A DNA stretch of 64,000 nt, taken from assembly GCA_030656555.1 (NCBI GenBank), contig JAUSPN010000040.1:375-64374 (forward strand), read 5' to 3'. The notes under the pieces are model-generated. The model saw only the letters and a list, made by a program, of their open reading frames with translations, did not search any database and was not told where the DNA came from. Made by a program: the position numbers and the translations under genes. Shown in pieces: positions 8,876 through 19,319 of this stretch (within the stretch, counting starts at the first letter, position 1; each line of letters starts with the position of its first letter). The stretch is from Candidatus Desulfaltia sp. Lineage in GTDB: Bacteria > Desulfobacterota > Desulfobacteria > Desulfobacterales > ETH-SRB1.

Positions 8876-10152
8876 ATGACAAATCGCAACTGTATTATTG
8901 TCTGTATAACGATATTTATGTCATTATTTCTATTTAACCTGAATGCCCACGCATTAAGCCCTGAAACCGAACTGCTTTTGAAGCTTCTTGAAAAAAAGGT
9001 GTTATAACAACAGATGAGGCAACTGCCCTGAAGCAAGAGATTGAAACCGCTGCTCCAAAAGCAACAGACAAAGAAACAATCAAGGCGGAAATCAAGCGGG
9101 AAATCACAGACGAGCTGAAAACCGATGGAGGCCCGTTAGCAGGGATTCAGGACAATTTAACCATAAGCGGGAAGGTTGAGGTTGATTACCAGTATCTTGA
9201 TCACAGGGACAGAACAAACAAAAACAGCGACGGCACGTCTGATCTTTATGCTTCGACAATCGAGCTGGGGATAGAAGCCCTGATTAATGAATCAACCAGG
9301 GCCAATATTGTTTTAAAGGCAGAGGATATCGATAAAAGCGATACCACTGCAAATAACACTGACCCGAGCGATCCTGACAAGGTATTATTCGACGAAGCAA
9401 CTATAACCATATTTAATCAGGAAAAATGCCCGTTTTATGCGGTTTTGGGAAAACGTGGCCAGCCGTTCGGAAATTTTTTCACACACACAATAAGCGACCC
9501 TGTCACAAAAAGCGCATACGAAATTGCGACAACAGGGGTTACCGTAGGATATGCGCCAGCGGATCTTTATGGCCTGGATCTTTCATTTACCCTGTACAAA
9601 GGAGAAAAGTTGATAGGTCAGGTAGCGGGGATCGGAAGCACAAGTGCCCCTGTCCGTAATACAACAAGCCATGTCGAAACCGATGATGTGGAATCATACA
9701 TAGCGAACCTGTCTTTGCAGCCTATAGAGGACCTGACAATCGGGGCTGCTTTCAACTCAGAACCGGGATATGAGAGCCGTAATAATACTGTAAATGCATT
9801 TGCGGAATATTCACTGGCCGGGTTTACCCTTGACTGCGAGTATTTTGCCGCCGTAAAGAGAGAAAAATTCTCAGATAACAAAACATACAAGGAAAAAGCA
9901 TGGGCAGCCGGGCTGGCCTATAAGATCACAGAGCCTCTTGAAATTGCGGCCAGGTATGAAACCTTTGATAATGACCGTGACACAGACTTAGACGGAGACA
10001 TCGATTACACTCTAACTGTAGGCGCAAACTATGAAATACTTGACAGCGTTACACTCATGGGTGAATATCGCAGGCTTCAGGAAAAGGCTACGGATTCATC
10101 TTATGAAAAAACAGCCAATGAATATAACCTGAGGATGGGGATAGAATTTTAA
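8876..10152 (+). pseudogene. Outer-membrane beta-barrel porin (LbtU-like), frameshifted at an A7 run
   Basis: Signal peptide from ATG 8876. One extra A at 8991-8997 gives LEKKGVITTDEA and a continuous 425-aa frame into ORF 9445-10152, which ends in the barrel-type C-terminus MGIEF. Confidence 0.8.
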
Positions 10153-10161
10153 GGAAAACAT

Positions 10162-10773
10162 ATGCATATATCTGAAGGAGTATTATCACCGGCCATACTT
10201 ATAGGCGGCGCGGTTGTCACAATGGCGGGCGTGGCTATCGGCTTGAAAGGGGTTGACAATAAAGATATCCCAAAGATGGGGATACTTTCAGCAGCCTTTT
10301 TCGTAGCCTCACTTGTCCACGTTCCTGTGGGGCCCGCATCCGTCCACATGATATTAAACGGCCTCCTTGGTTTCATCCTCGGCTGGAAGGCCTTTCCGGC
10401 AATACTGGTTGCTCTGGGGCTACAGGCCCTGCTTTTTCAGTTTGGCGGCATTACGACTCTCGGGGTAAACACCATGAACATGGCCCTTCCTGCCGTAATA
10501 TGCTACTACCTGTTCGGATGGAGCACAAAAAGCAGCATAAAACAATCTGTATTCATAACCGCTGCTTTTGCTTCCGGCTTTTGCGCAGTCCTTGTTTCCA
10601 GTATACTTGTCGGGTTTTGCCTGTATCTTACCGGAGAGGCCTTTTCGCCTGCGGCAAAACTTATAGTTGCAGCACATTTGCCTGTAATGATAATCGAAGG
10701 AATCGTTACAGCCGCCTGTGCGGTGTTTCTCAAAAAGATAAGACCGGAACTTTTGGAGGAAATAAATGTTTAA
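10162..10773 (+). CDS. cbiM: ECF Co/Ni transporter substrate-binding S component
   Basis: N-terminal MHISEG metal-binding motif; SVHMILNGLLG; GGITTLGVN. Confidence 0.93.
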   Translation: MHISEGVLSPAILIGGAVVTMAGVAIGLKGVDNKDIPKMGILSAAFFVASLVHVPVGPASVHMILNGLLGFILGWKAFPAILVALGLQALLFQFGGITTLGVNTMNMALPAVICYYLFGWSTKSSIKQSVFITAAFASGFCAVLVSSILVGFCLYLTGEAFSPAAKLIVAAHLPVMIIEGIVTAACAVFLKKIRPELLEEINV

Positions 10774-11458
10774 AAAAAATCAAAATCTTTGCAAAGTGAT
10801 CCCGTTTTTATATCTATTCCTGTTGATTCTGCCGATAACTTTTCATACAACGGCTGCTTTTGCGCACAAGGTTACTATCTTTGCCTGGGTTGAAGGGGAT
10901 ACAATATACACTCAAAGCAAATTCAGCAAAGGAAGAAAAGCCAAAGGATCGCTTGTTACGCTTTTTGACATGGAAGGAAACAAACTTCTTGAAGGCACAA
11001 CCAACGAAAAGGGGGAGTGCTCCTTTAAAATCCCCCAAAAGACCGGGCTTAAGGTTGTCTTAAAGGCTTCTATGGGCCATATGGCTGAATGGAAAATACC
11101 TGTAGAGGAAATCGCTGCAACACAGGCATCACAAACCAAAACTCCCGAAGCCGGCGTAATAAGCGATATTATATCGCCATCAAACCTCAGCGGCAGTGAA
11201 GCAGACGCTAAGCAGCCGATTTCCGGCCCTGCCAGCTTGCAAAAAGAGGAAATCAGGCGCCTGATTGATGAGTCCCTGGATCAAAAGCTCAGCCCTATTA
11301 TAAATATGCTGGCGGACTCTCAGGATCAAGATCCTGGAATAAGCGAAGTAATGGGCGGCATAGGTTATATATTCGGCCTTGTCGGCGTGGCCCTCTATTT
11401 TACAAACCGCCGCAAAACTCAAGAGGTCAGAGGTCAGAGGTCAGAGGTCGAAAAGTGA
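10766..11458 (+). CDS. Ni/Co transporter accessory protein (CbiL/NikL-like)
   Basis: AFA-HKVTIFAWVEG, GHMAEW, C-terminal TM GGIGYIFGLVG; between cbiM and cbiQ. Confidence 0.7.
   Translation: MFKKNQNLCKVIPFLYLFLLILPITFHTTAAFAHKVTIFAWVEGDTIYTQSKFSKGRKAKGSLVTLFDMEGNKLLEGTTNEKGECSFKIPQKTGLKVVLKASMGHMAEWKIPVEEIAATQASQTKTPEAGVISDIISPSNLSGSEADAKQPISGPASLQKEEIRRLIDESLDQKLSPIINMLADSQDQDPGISEVMGGIGYIFGLVGVALYFTNRRKTQEVRGQRSEVEK
11422..11449 (+). repeat. Perfect heptamer repeat (AGAGGTC)x4 in the gene's 3' end
   Basis: agaggtcagaggtcagaggtcagaggtc encodes the tail EVRGQRSEV. Confidence 0.9.
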
Positions 11459-12210
11459 TCGAAGAAATCAACGGCTATGATTCTTTTATTCAACGTCTTG
11501 ATCCTCGCGTCAAGATTATTATAGCCATTCTTTTTTCCGTTTTAGCAGCCGTGTCAAACCGGTTTGTGGTTTTAATTGCAGCCCTTGCCGTAAGCATTAT
11601 TATACTGTTTTCTGCCGGAATAAAGATAAAAGAGGTGTTCAAACGACTGATTCCCGTAAACACTCTACTTGTTTTCCTGTGGCTTTTTCTGCCCTTTACA
11701 TTTGCCGGTGAGCATCTCTTTTCAATCGGCTCTCTGACCGGAACACGTGAAGGCGTGCTGTTTGCTTTTAGAATAACCATTAAATCAAATTCAATCATGC
11801 TGATGCTGATCACGCTGGCTGTATCAACCCCGATATTTACTATAGGCCATGCCATGCATCAATTGGGTATGCCCCAAAAACTTGTGCACCTTTTCTTCTT
11901 TACATACAGGTATCTCCATGTAATATATAAAGAATATACTCGCCTGGTCAATTCCATGAAAATTAGAGGTTTTAAACCAAAGACAGATTTGCATACCTAT
12001 AAAAGTTACGCTCATCTGGTTGGAATGCTTCTGGTAAGGGGTTTCGACCGGTCGCAGCGGGTTCACAACGCCATGATTTGCCGCGGCTTCAGGGGAAAGC
12101 TTTACAGCCTGAGCAGCTTTTCAATCAGCAGAGCGGATATAATTGCATTTATTCTGATGGCAGGCTTTATCCTGATACTTGGAATACTGGAATGGACAAA
12201 AACAACCTGA
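11455..12210 (+). CDS. cbiQ: ECF transporter T component
   Basis: LDPRVK, FTYRYL, MKIRGF, AMICRGF. Confidence 0.92.
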   Translation: MIEEINGYDSFIQRLDPRVKIIIAILFSVLAAVSNRFVVLIAALAVSIIILFSAGIKIKEVFKRLIPVNTLLVFLWLFLPFTFAGEHLFSIGSLTGTREGVLFAFRITIKSNSIMLMLITLAVSTPIFTIGHAMHQLGMPQKLVHLFFFTYRYLHVIYKEYTRLVNSMKIRGFKPKTDLHTYKSYAHLVGMLLVRGFDRSQRVHNAMICRGFRGKLYSLSSFSISRADIIAFILMAGFILILGILEWTKTT

Positions 12211-12932
12211 TTGTCAATCTTCAAGATATATCCTTTGGCTACCCCGGCAGCCCGCTCATACTCGATAAACTCAGCTTGAAATTTTTCCGTTATGACCGGG
12301 TTGGATTGATGGGGCCTAACGGAAGCGGCAAGACCACCATGTTTCATGTTATCATGGGGCTTCTCAAGCATACTTCCGGCAGTATAGAGATATTCGGAAA
12401 ACCTGTAACAAAAGAAAAAGAGTTTGATGAAGTGCGCCGGAAAATCGGCCTGCTTTTTCAGGATGCTGACGACCAGCTATTCAGCCCCACGGTCCTTGAG
12501 GATGTTGCTTTTGGGCCATTAAACCTGGGTATGAGCAGAAATGAGGCTATCGACATCGCCAAAAGGACTTTGGAATCACTTGATCTGGCAGGGTTTGAAG
12601 AAAGGGTTACTTATAAACTGTCCGGAGGAGAAAAAAGGCTTGTCTCCCTTGCCACAATCCTTGCAATGGAGCCTGAAATCCTTCTCCTGGATGAGCCGAC
12701 CGCCGGCCTTGACGATAAAACAAAGGCAAAGCTTATCAGCATACTATCCAATCTTGATCTTTCCTTTATATTAATTTCACATGAAATCGATTTTCTTTTT
12801 GAAATAACCGATTCAATATATACAATGGAAAACAAAAGGATTGTTTCAGACAAAGAGGCGCATCTGCATCAGCATATCCATTCTCACTCTCATGGCTCAT
12901 ATACGCACAAACATAGTAAATCCAGTCCCTAA
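12192..12932 (+). CDS. cbiO: ECF transporter ATPase with His-rich tail
   Basis: GPNGSGKTT, FQDADDQLF, LSGGEKR, LLLDEPT; tail HLHQHIHSHSHGSYTHKH; start placed at ATG 12192. Confidence 0.92.
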   Translation: MDKNNLIVNLQDISFGYPGSPLILDKLSLKFFRYDRVGLMGPNGSGKTTMFHVIMGLLKHTSGSIEIFGKPVTKEKEFDEVRRKIGLLFQDADDQLFSPTVLEDVAFGPLNLGMSRNEAIDIAKRTLESLDLAGFEERVTYKLSGGEKRLVSLATILAMEPEILLLDEPTAGLDDKTKAKLISILSNLDLSFILISHEIDFLFEITDSIYTMENKRIVSDKEAHLHQHIHSHSHGSYTHKHSKSSP

Positions 12933-14065
12933 AGCCTTAAAAACTCTTTTATCTTTTCTACCACATAGTCTTGCTGATCATCTGAAAGTTCGGGGTATAT
13001 TGGGATGGCAAGTGTATGTGAGGCTGCATATTCAGCTACGGGAAAGTCACCTTTTTTGTAATTCAGACATGAAAAGCATTCCTGGAGATGCAGCGGCACA
13101 GGGTAGTAAATCTCTGTTCCTATTTTCGCATCATTTAAAAACAGGCGAAGCTCATCCCTTTTTTCCTTAATACTTATTACAAACTGATTGTATATATGCC
13201 GGTTCTCCTTTTCAACCGGCAGACTTACCATATCGCCTATATCTGCATCTGCAAAAAGCTCCCTGTATCTGCTTGCATTTTCCTGGCGGGCCTTTGTCCA
13301 GTTGTCAAGGTGCGAAAGCTTTAAGGAAACAATTCCCGCCTGCAATGCATCCAGCCTGAAATTGCCGCCGATCATTTTATGATAATACTTTGGTCTTCCC
13401 CCGTGAACACGGAGTATCCGCAGTTTATCATGCAAAGCCTCGGAATTTGTGGTTACAATTCCTCCATCGCCAAAAGCTCCAAGATTTTTTGAAGGAAAAA
13501 AGGAAAAGCATCCAAAATCACCCATAGCCCCTGCCCGCATTCCATTATGTTCGGCTCCAATGGCCTGTGCTGCATCCTCAATAACAATCAGGTTATATTT
13601 TCCGGCTATCTTCAAAACGCTCTGCATGTCCGCACACTGGCCGTAAAGATGAACCGGCATTATTGCCTTAACACTGGCCCGCTCTTCCTCGTTCATATCA
13701 GCCATAGCCCTGTCAATGCATTCAGGAGAGATATTATAGGTGTCTTGATTGATATCAACAAAAACCGGAATGGCGCCTGTACGGGCTATTGCTCCGGCTG
13801 TTGCAAAAAAGGTATATGGCGTAGTTATTACCCTGTCATGATATCCGATATCAGCAGCCATAAGTGAAATAAGCAAAGCATCTGTACCTGACGAAACCCC
13901 TGTTGCATGACGCGTGCGGCAATAGCCGGCAATTTCCTTTTCAAGCGCCTCAACACGAGGCCCTAAAATAAAATACTGGCTCTCAAATATTTCTTCAACA
14001 ACCTTCAAGACATCATCTTTAATGGTTTTATACTGGCTTTTAAGATCAAGTAATGGTACTTTCAT
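12929..14065 (-). CDS. DegT/DnrJ/EryC1/StrS PLP-dependent aminotransferase
   Basis: SGTDAL, PVHLYGQ, IEDAAQA, SFFPSKNLGAFGDGG. Confidence 0.93.
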   Translation of the reverse strand: MKVPLLDLKSQYKTIKDDVLKVVEEIFESQYFILGPRVEALEKEIAGYCRTRHATGVSSGTDALLISLMAADIGYHDRVITTPYTFFATAGAIARTGAIPVFVDINQDTYNISPECIDRAMADMNEEERASVKAIMPVHLYGQCADMQSVLKIAGKYNLIVIEDAAQAIGAEHNGMRAGAMGDFGCFSFFPSKNLGAFGDGGIVTTNSEALHDKLRILRVHGGRPKYYHKMIGGNFRLDALQAGIVSLKLSHLDNWTKARQENASRYRELFADADIGDMVSLPVEKENRHIYNQFVISIKEKRDELRLFLNDAKIGTEIYYPVPLHLQECFSCLNYKKGDFPVAEYAASHTLAIPIYPELSDDQQDYVVEKIKEFLRL

Positions 14066-14077
14066 TTTAATTAAACC

Positions 14078-15451
14078 TCACTTACAGCTCATTTGCACCT
14101 GAATAATATAAAGCGGCCTGCTTTCGGGGTTGCTCACTTTAACAGTGTCCTTATCAGAAATAAGAATTGTTTCCCCTTTTTCAAAAAGCCTTGTTTGTTT
14201 ATCTGATTTAATGTTCGCGCGGCCTTTTATTATAAGCAGATTCTTTGTTGCTGACGCGTCAACTTTAATTTTCAACATTGAACCAGGATATATGATTAAT
14301 TTAGACACTGTAAAATCATCCCTTTGCTCTAATAAAGTCAAAACCCCCCAGGGATGATACAGCGTATTATGCTCGTGATATTCCTTTCTACCCTTTTCCT
14401 TGAGCTGTGCCACAATAGACTTGACATCTCTGCTGTTATCAATATTTGAAATAAATACAGAATCAGGTGTTTCAACAACCACCATATTATTAAGATGGTT
14501 GGTCGCAATCAGCCTTTCGCGCCCCATTATAAAACAGTTTTTCGTATCCTTTGCAATTACATCTCCATCAATAACATTGTTGTTTTCATCCTTTGGAAGA
14601 AAGTCATAAAGAGATTTCCATGAGCCGATATCGCTCCATCCAAAATCGGACGGCAAAACAACCCCTTTGTCGGTTTTTTCCATTATAGCGCAATCAAAAG
14701 CAATATCCGGAAGTTGTTCATATTCATCTATGGTAATGGCTTTTTCTCTGGAAACCAGATTCTTCATGCTCTTCAGAAGTTCGGGCTGAAAGCGTTTAAA
14801 CTCTTCGATGACAACAGAAGCTTTAAAAGTAAACATTCCGCTGTTCCAGTAAAAATTGCCGGACTCGATATACTTTTCTGCAAAGGATTTATCAGGCTTT
14901 TCAACAAACCTCTTTATGGTTAATGCATTGCCGAATAACTCTTCAGCTCCCTCAATATATCCATAACCTGTTTCAGGGCAATCGGGTTTAATACCATAAG
15001 TGACAATATGTCCGATGTCGGCAAGCTTTATAGCGGTTTTAATGCTCTTATGAAACTTTTTAACATCCCTGATTACATGATCTGCCGGAAAAACAGATAG
15101 TATTGCATCTGAATCGGTTTTCAGAACATTCAGCACTCCAAGAAGAATTGCCGGCCCGGTGTTTCGGCCGCATGGTTCACAGATTATTTGCCCTTTAGCC
15201 TGCATACCTGTTTCCGCCATGTGCCGCGTGATTTCGTAAAAATGTTCCTGACCACAAACAATTCTGATGTTTTCCGTATCTATAACAGAAGACAATCTTT
15301 TTACAGTACTTTGCACAAGAGAATCATTACCGATAAACTTTACAAGCTGCTTGGGATATAATTCTCTTGATACCGGCCATAAACGTGTGCCTGTTCCGCC
15401 TGCTAACAAGATAGCATATACATTTATATTGCTGCCGGTTTTATGATCCAT
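14078..15451 (-). CDS. manC: Mannose-1-phosphate guanylyltransferase with a degenerate C-terminal cupin
   Basis: LAGGTGTRLWPVSR, PKQ, EPCGRNTGPA, FVEKPD, WNSGMF, WSDIGSW; start placed at ATG 15451. Confidence 0.88.
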   Translation of the reverse strand: MDHKTGSNINVYAILLAGGTGTRLWPVSRELYPKQLVKFIGNDSLVQSTVKRLSSVIDTENIRIVCGQEHFYEITRHMAETGMQAKGQIICEPCGRNTGPAILLGVLNVLKTDSDAILSVFPADHVIRDVKKFHKSIKTAIKLADIGHIVTYGIKPDCPETGYGYIEGAEELFGNALTIKRFVEKPDKSFAEKYIESGNFYWNSGMFTFKASVVIEEFKRFQPELLKSMKNLVSREKAITIDEYEQLPDIAFDCAIMEKTDKGVVLPSDFGWSDIGSWKSLYDFLPKDENNNVIDGDVIAKDTKNCFIMGRERLIATNHLNNMVVVETPDSVFISNIDNSRDVKSIVAQLKEKGRKEYHEHNTLYHPWGVLTLLEQRDDFTVSKLIIYPGSMLKIKVDASATKNLLIIKGRANIKSDKQTRLFEKGETILISDKDTVKVSNPESRPLYIIQVQMSCK

Positions 15452-18400
15452 TTTTAAATCTCTTTTTTTTCCCGTTGTTTCTAAAATTATTAGGCTGTTG
15501 GGAAGCGGCAACTTCTTTGCAAACCGTTTCCACGGCATTATAACCAAGAAATCTGTTAATTTCCTTTATTAATGCCGAACCAGCCTTAAGTTTCATTGTA
15601 TCAGGCAAAGCAATTATTGTCTCTGTTTTATCAGGATCACGCAGATGGATGTAAGCCGGGCACAAGCCCGAATGTTTGTTGATGATATCATAAAGTTTAG
15701 CAAGTTTTTTTCTTTCGATCTTCGTTATATCCAGATTAAAGTGGATGCTTGCAGTCCAGGTTTCTTCAGCCTTATCAATAGGAATGAGGGAATCAACCAG
15801 TATTTTTGCCGAGTTTTCATCCTTTTGAACCCTTCCCTGGAGAATAATTGGATTGTCATCTACTAAAAAATCGTGTGTGTGTTTATAAACTTCAGGGAAA
15901 ACCGTAACTTCAATAGCACCCAGCAGGTCCTCTATTGTCACAAAGGCCATTAAATCCCCTTTTTTCGTCGGAGTTGTCTTGATGTTTCTTATAATGCCTC
16001 CGATCCTGACCGTTTCACCATCGTTTTTTTCCTTTATTGAAATAGAGTTTGCATTGGTGAACTTATCAAGCAGAGCCTCATGCCTGGTTAAAGGATGCCC
16101 TGTTATATAAAAACCAAGCGACTCTTTCTCAAAGGCTAAAAGCTGTTTCTCATCCCATTCGTCAATTACCGGCATAGGCGGTTGCAATTTGTTTGCGCTG
16201 ACATCAAACAGGCTTATCTGTGGGCCTGATCTTTCCTTTTGCACCCTTTGGCCATAATCAAGAATGTCTTCCATGGATTCCATCATCTGACTGCGACCGG
16301 CGCCGGTAGAATCAAATGCCCCGCATTTTATAAGGCTTTCAATAACCCTCTTATTAACCTTTTGCAAATCCACACGCTCACAAAAATCATACAGGGAAGA
16401 AAATCTTCCATTTTTTCTGGCATCAATTATAGATTCAATTGCCCTTTCTCCTACATTTTTAACCGCTACAAGCCCGAATATTATCTTTGAACCAACCGTG
16501 GTAAATTCCTTGCTGCTTTCATTTATGTCAGGAGAAAGAACATCTATTGCGTGACTTCGGCATTCAGCAATATATTTTACTACGCCGTCGATTGAATGAA
16601 TTTCACTCGTAAGCAAAGAAGCCATAAGCTCTACAGGAAAGTGCGCTTTAAGGAAGGCGGTCCGGTATGCGATAAGAGAGTATGCAGCGCTGTGAGATTT
16701 GTTAAATCCGTATCCGCCGAATTTTTCTATAAGCTCAAATATTTTTTTTGCCTTATCGGAAGCAATGCCATTATCCTTTGCTCCCTGTATAAAACGCAGA
16801 GTGTGCTTAGCCATAATTGCCGGTAATTTTTTTCCCATTGCTTTGCGTAAATCATCCGCCTCTGCCATGGAATAGCTTGCCAGCACCCCTGCAATCTTCA
16901 TAACCTGCTCCTGATATACAATAACCCCGTAAGTTTCTTTTAAAATGGGTTCCAGCTCGGGGATAGCGTATTTAACAGATTTTCTTCCGTGCTTTCTTTC
17001 AACAAAATCATCCACCATTCCGCTTTCAAGCGGACCGGGACGGTAAAGAGCAACAAGGGCTATGATGTCGTCAAAGCATTCCGGCTGAAGTCTCACAAGC
17101 AGATCTCTCATGCCTGAACTTTCAAGCTGAAACACTCCGGTTGTATCGCCTGACGCTAAAAGTCTATAGGTATCAGGATCTTTAAAATCAAGACTTGCAA
17201 AATCAGGAGGAACGCTGCCACGTGCGGCAATAATAGAAAGGGTTTTGGCGATAACGGTAAGGTTGCGAAGACCTAAAAGGTCAAATTTTACCAGCCCGAT
17301 TTTCTCAACACATTTCATGTCAAACTGAGTTACCACTTCCCCTTTTTTGCCTCTGCATAACGGCAAATATTCCACAAGGGGTTTGTCTGCTATCACGACA
17401 CCTGCGGCATGTGTTGATGCATGCCTGGGCAGCCCTTCGAGTACACGGCATATCTTTATGAGATCCGCTACTTCTGGATTATTTTCTGCAAGGCGCTTAA
17501 TCTTTGGTTCCTTTTTAAGCGCCTCATCAAGGCTTATATTCAAAACATCCGGCACCATCTTGGCGATTGAATCCACCTCGCGCAGCGGTATTCCAAGGGC
17601 GCGGCCTACATCACGTATAACGGCTCTGGTTTTGAGCTTCCCGAATGTTATGATCTGGGCGACATAATCGCCGCCACCGTATTTATTCACTATGTATTTA
17701 AAAATTTCTTCCCTGCCGTTTATGCAGAAATCAACATCAATATCCGGCATACTTTTTCTGGCTGGATTAAGGAAGCGTTCAAAAATAAGACCATGCTCTA
17801 TGGGATCCAGCTCTGTAATTCCCAGGCTATAGGCGACAAGACTTCCGGCTGCAGATCCTCTTCCCGGGCCCACCGGAATATTATTTTCTTTGGCATAATG
17901 TATAAAATCGGCAACAATCAGGAAATAACTCGAAAATTCCATATCCTTTATGATGGAAATTTCATAATCAAGACGGTCATTATAAATTTTCTCATCAATA
18001 TCCGGGTTCTTTGTTTTTATACGTTGTAATATGTGTGAGTATCCCTGCCTGACCTTTTGCTCGAAAACTTCGGCCGCAGTCTGGCCGGAAGAAGAATCCG
18101 AAGAAAGACCAAATTTCGGAAAGTGATATGTGCTGCTTGCTTTTGACAGAAAGTCAAATTCAACATTGCACCTTTTTGCAATGCTTACAGCGTTGTTAAG
18201 GGCGCCGGGATAAAGGGAAAAAGATGAATACATCTCTTCTTTTGATTTAAAATAGAGCTGGTCGGTTGAAAACTTGAAGTGATCCGGATCATGAATGGTT
18301 TTTCCGGTCTGTATGCACAAAAGCACTTCATGTGCACGAACATCCTCTTTATCCAGGTAATGGCAGTCGTTGGTTGCTACAAGAGGGATTGAAAGCCTGT

Positions 18401-18995
18401 TGCTCATATCAAGAAGAGCCTGGTTAACCTTTTCCTGTATTTCAATCCCGTTCCTTTGAACTTCAAGAAAAAAGTTGTCCTCTCCAAAGATTTCAAGGCA
18501 GGTACGCGCAGCTTCATCAGCCTTATCAATAGTGTTTTCAATAATCAGCCTGGGGATTTCACCATGCATACATGCTGAAAGGCCGACAAGTCCCTTGCTG
18601 TATTTTTTCAGTACATCTTTATCTATACGTGGTTTATGGTAAAAGCCTTCAAGCTGTGCAATGGTAGCCAGTTTGCATAAATTGCGGTAACCTTCAAGAT
18701 TTTCGGCTAAAAGGACAAGATGGGAAAGCCCTTTGTGATCAAACGGGGTTTTATCATTAATGGTTCGCGGAGCCACATAGCATTCGCACCCTATTATCGG
18801 TTTTATTCCAGCCTTTACAGCCTTTTCATAAAATTCAATAGTTCCAAACATAGTGCCATGATCGGTAATGGACACAGAATCCATACCAAAATCGGATGCC
18901 CGTTTTAAGAGGGCATCAATCCTTATGGCGCCGTCAAGAAGACTGTATTGCGTGTGAACATGCAGATGGATAAAATCGGATGCTGGATTTGTCAT
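15441..18995 (-). CDS. dnaE: DNA polymerase III alpha subunit
   Basis: PHP HLHVHTQYSLLDG, GRGSAAGSL, PDIDVDF, GFNKSHS. Confidence 0.98.
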   Translation of the reverse strand: MTNPASDFIHLHVHTQYSLLDGAIRIDALLKRASDFGMDSVSITDHGTMFGTIEFYEKAVKAGIKPIIGCECYVAPRTINDKTPFDHKGLSHLVLLAENLEGYRNLCKLATIAQLEGFYHKPRIDKDVLKKYSKGLVGLSACMHGEIPRLIIENTIDKADEAARTCLEIFGEDNFFLEVQRNGIEIQEKVNQALLDMSNRLSIPLVATNDCHYLDKEDVRAHEVLLCIQTGKTIHDPDHFKFSTDQLYFKSKEEMYSSFSLYPGALNNAVSIAKRCNVEFDFLSKASSTYHFPKFGLSSDSSSGQTAAEVFEQKVRQGYSHILQRIKTKNPDIDEKIYNDRLDYEISIIKDMEFSSYFLIVADFIHYAKENNIPVGPGRGSAAGSLVAYSLGITELDPIEHGLIFERFLNPARKSMPDIDVDFCINGREEIFKYIVNKYGGGDYVAQIITFGKLKTRAVIRDVGRALGIPLREVDSIAKMVPDVLNISLDEALKKEPKIKRLAENNPEVADLIKICRVLEGLPRHASTHAAGVVIADKPLVEYLPLCRGKKGEVVTQFDMKCVEKIGLVKFDLLGLRNLTVIAKTLSIIAARGSVPPDFASLDFKDPDTYRLLASGDTTGVFQLESSGMRDLLVRLQPECFDDIIALVALYRPGPLESGMVDDFVERKHGRKSVKYAIPELEPILKETYGVIVYQEQVMKIAGVLASYSMAEADDLRKAMGKKLPAIMAKHTLRFIQGAKDNGIASDKAKKIFELIEKFGGYGFNKSHSAAYSLIAYRTAFLKAHFPVELMASLLTSEIHSIDGVVKYIAECRSHAIDVLSPDINESSKEFTTVGSKIIFGLVAVKNVGERAIESIIDARKNGRFSSLYDFCERVDLQKVNKRVIESLIKCGAFDSTGAGRSQMMESMEDILDYGQRVQKERSGPQISLFDVSANKLQPPMPVIDEWDEKQLLAFEKESLGFYITGHPLTRHEALLDKFTNANSISIKEKNDGETVRIGGIIRNIKTTPTKKGDLMAFVTIEDLLGAIEVTVFPEVYKHTHDFLVDDNPIILQGRVQKDENSAKILVDSLIPIDKAEETWTASIHFNLDITKIERKKLAKLYDIINKHSGLCPAYIHLRDPDKTETIIALPDTMKLKAGSALIKEINRFLGYNAVETVCKEVAASQQPNNFRNNGKKKRFKNGS

Positions 18996-19077
18996 TTAGT
19001 AGATTGTAACATTTTAGGTTTTTGAAAATAAATCAAACTTCAGGTATAATCAAATTTAAACTTGTTTAAAAAGTTAT

Positions 19078-19249
19078 AAGTGAGCTAAAGTGGTTTGAAG
19101 TTACAAGTTGCAAGTGCCTAAAGTGAGCTAAAGTTAATGAGTCGCTTTGCTCCATTTTTTATATAAAATTGCCAGCATACCTTAACTTTAGGCACTCGTA
19201 ACTTTAGTCACTCGTAACTTTAGGCACTTTAGCTCACTTTAGACACTTA
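19078..19249. repeat. Palindromic intergenic element built from 9-nt AAGTGAGCT/AAGTGCCTA units
   Basis: Left arm AAGTGCCTAAAGTGAGCTAAAGTT; right arm has ACTTTAGGCACTTTAGCTCACTTT and tandem ACTTTAG(G/T)CACTCGTA. Confidence 0.8.
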
Positions 19250-19319
19250 TAAGTCTTCAACCCATAAAGGGTGGGCGCCTAATAATTAATGATGTCACTG
19301 TATTTACGAATCAAAGTAC

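Noticed and set aside
8729-9007. 92-aa ORF as a separate gene
   Set aside because: The 5' part is repeat sequence; the 3' part is the N-terminus of the frameshifted porin
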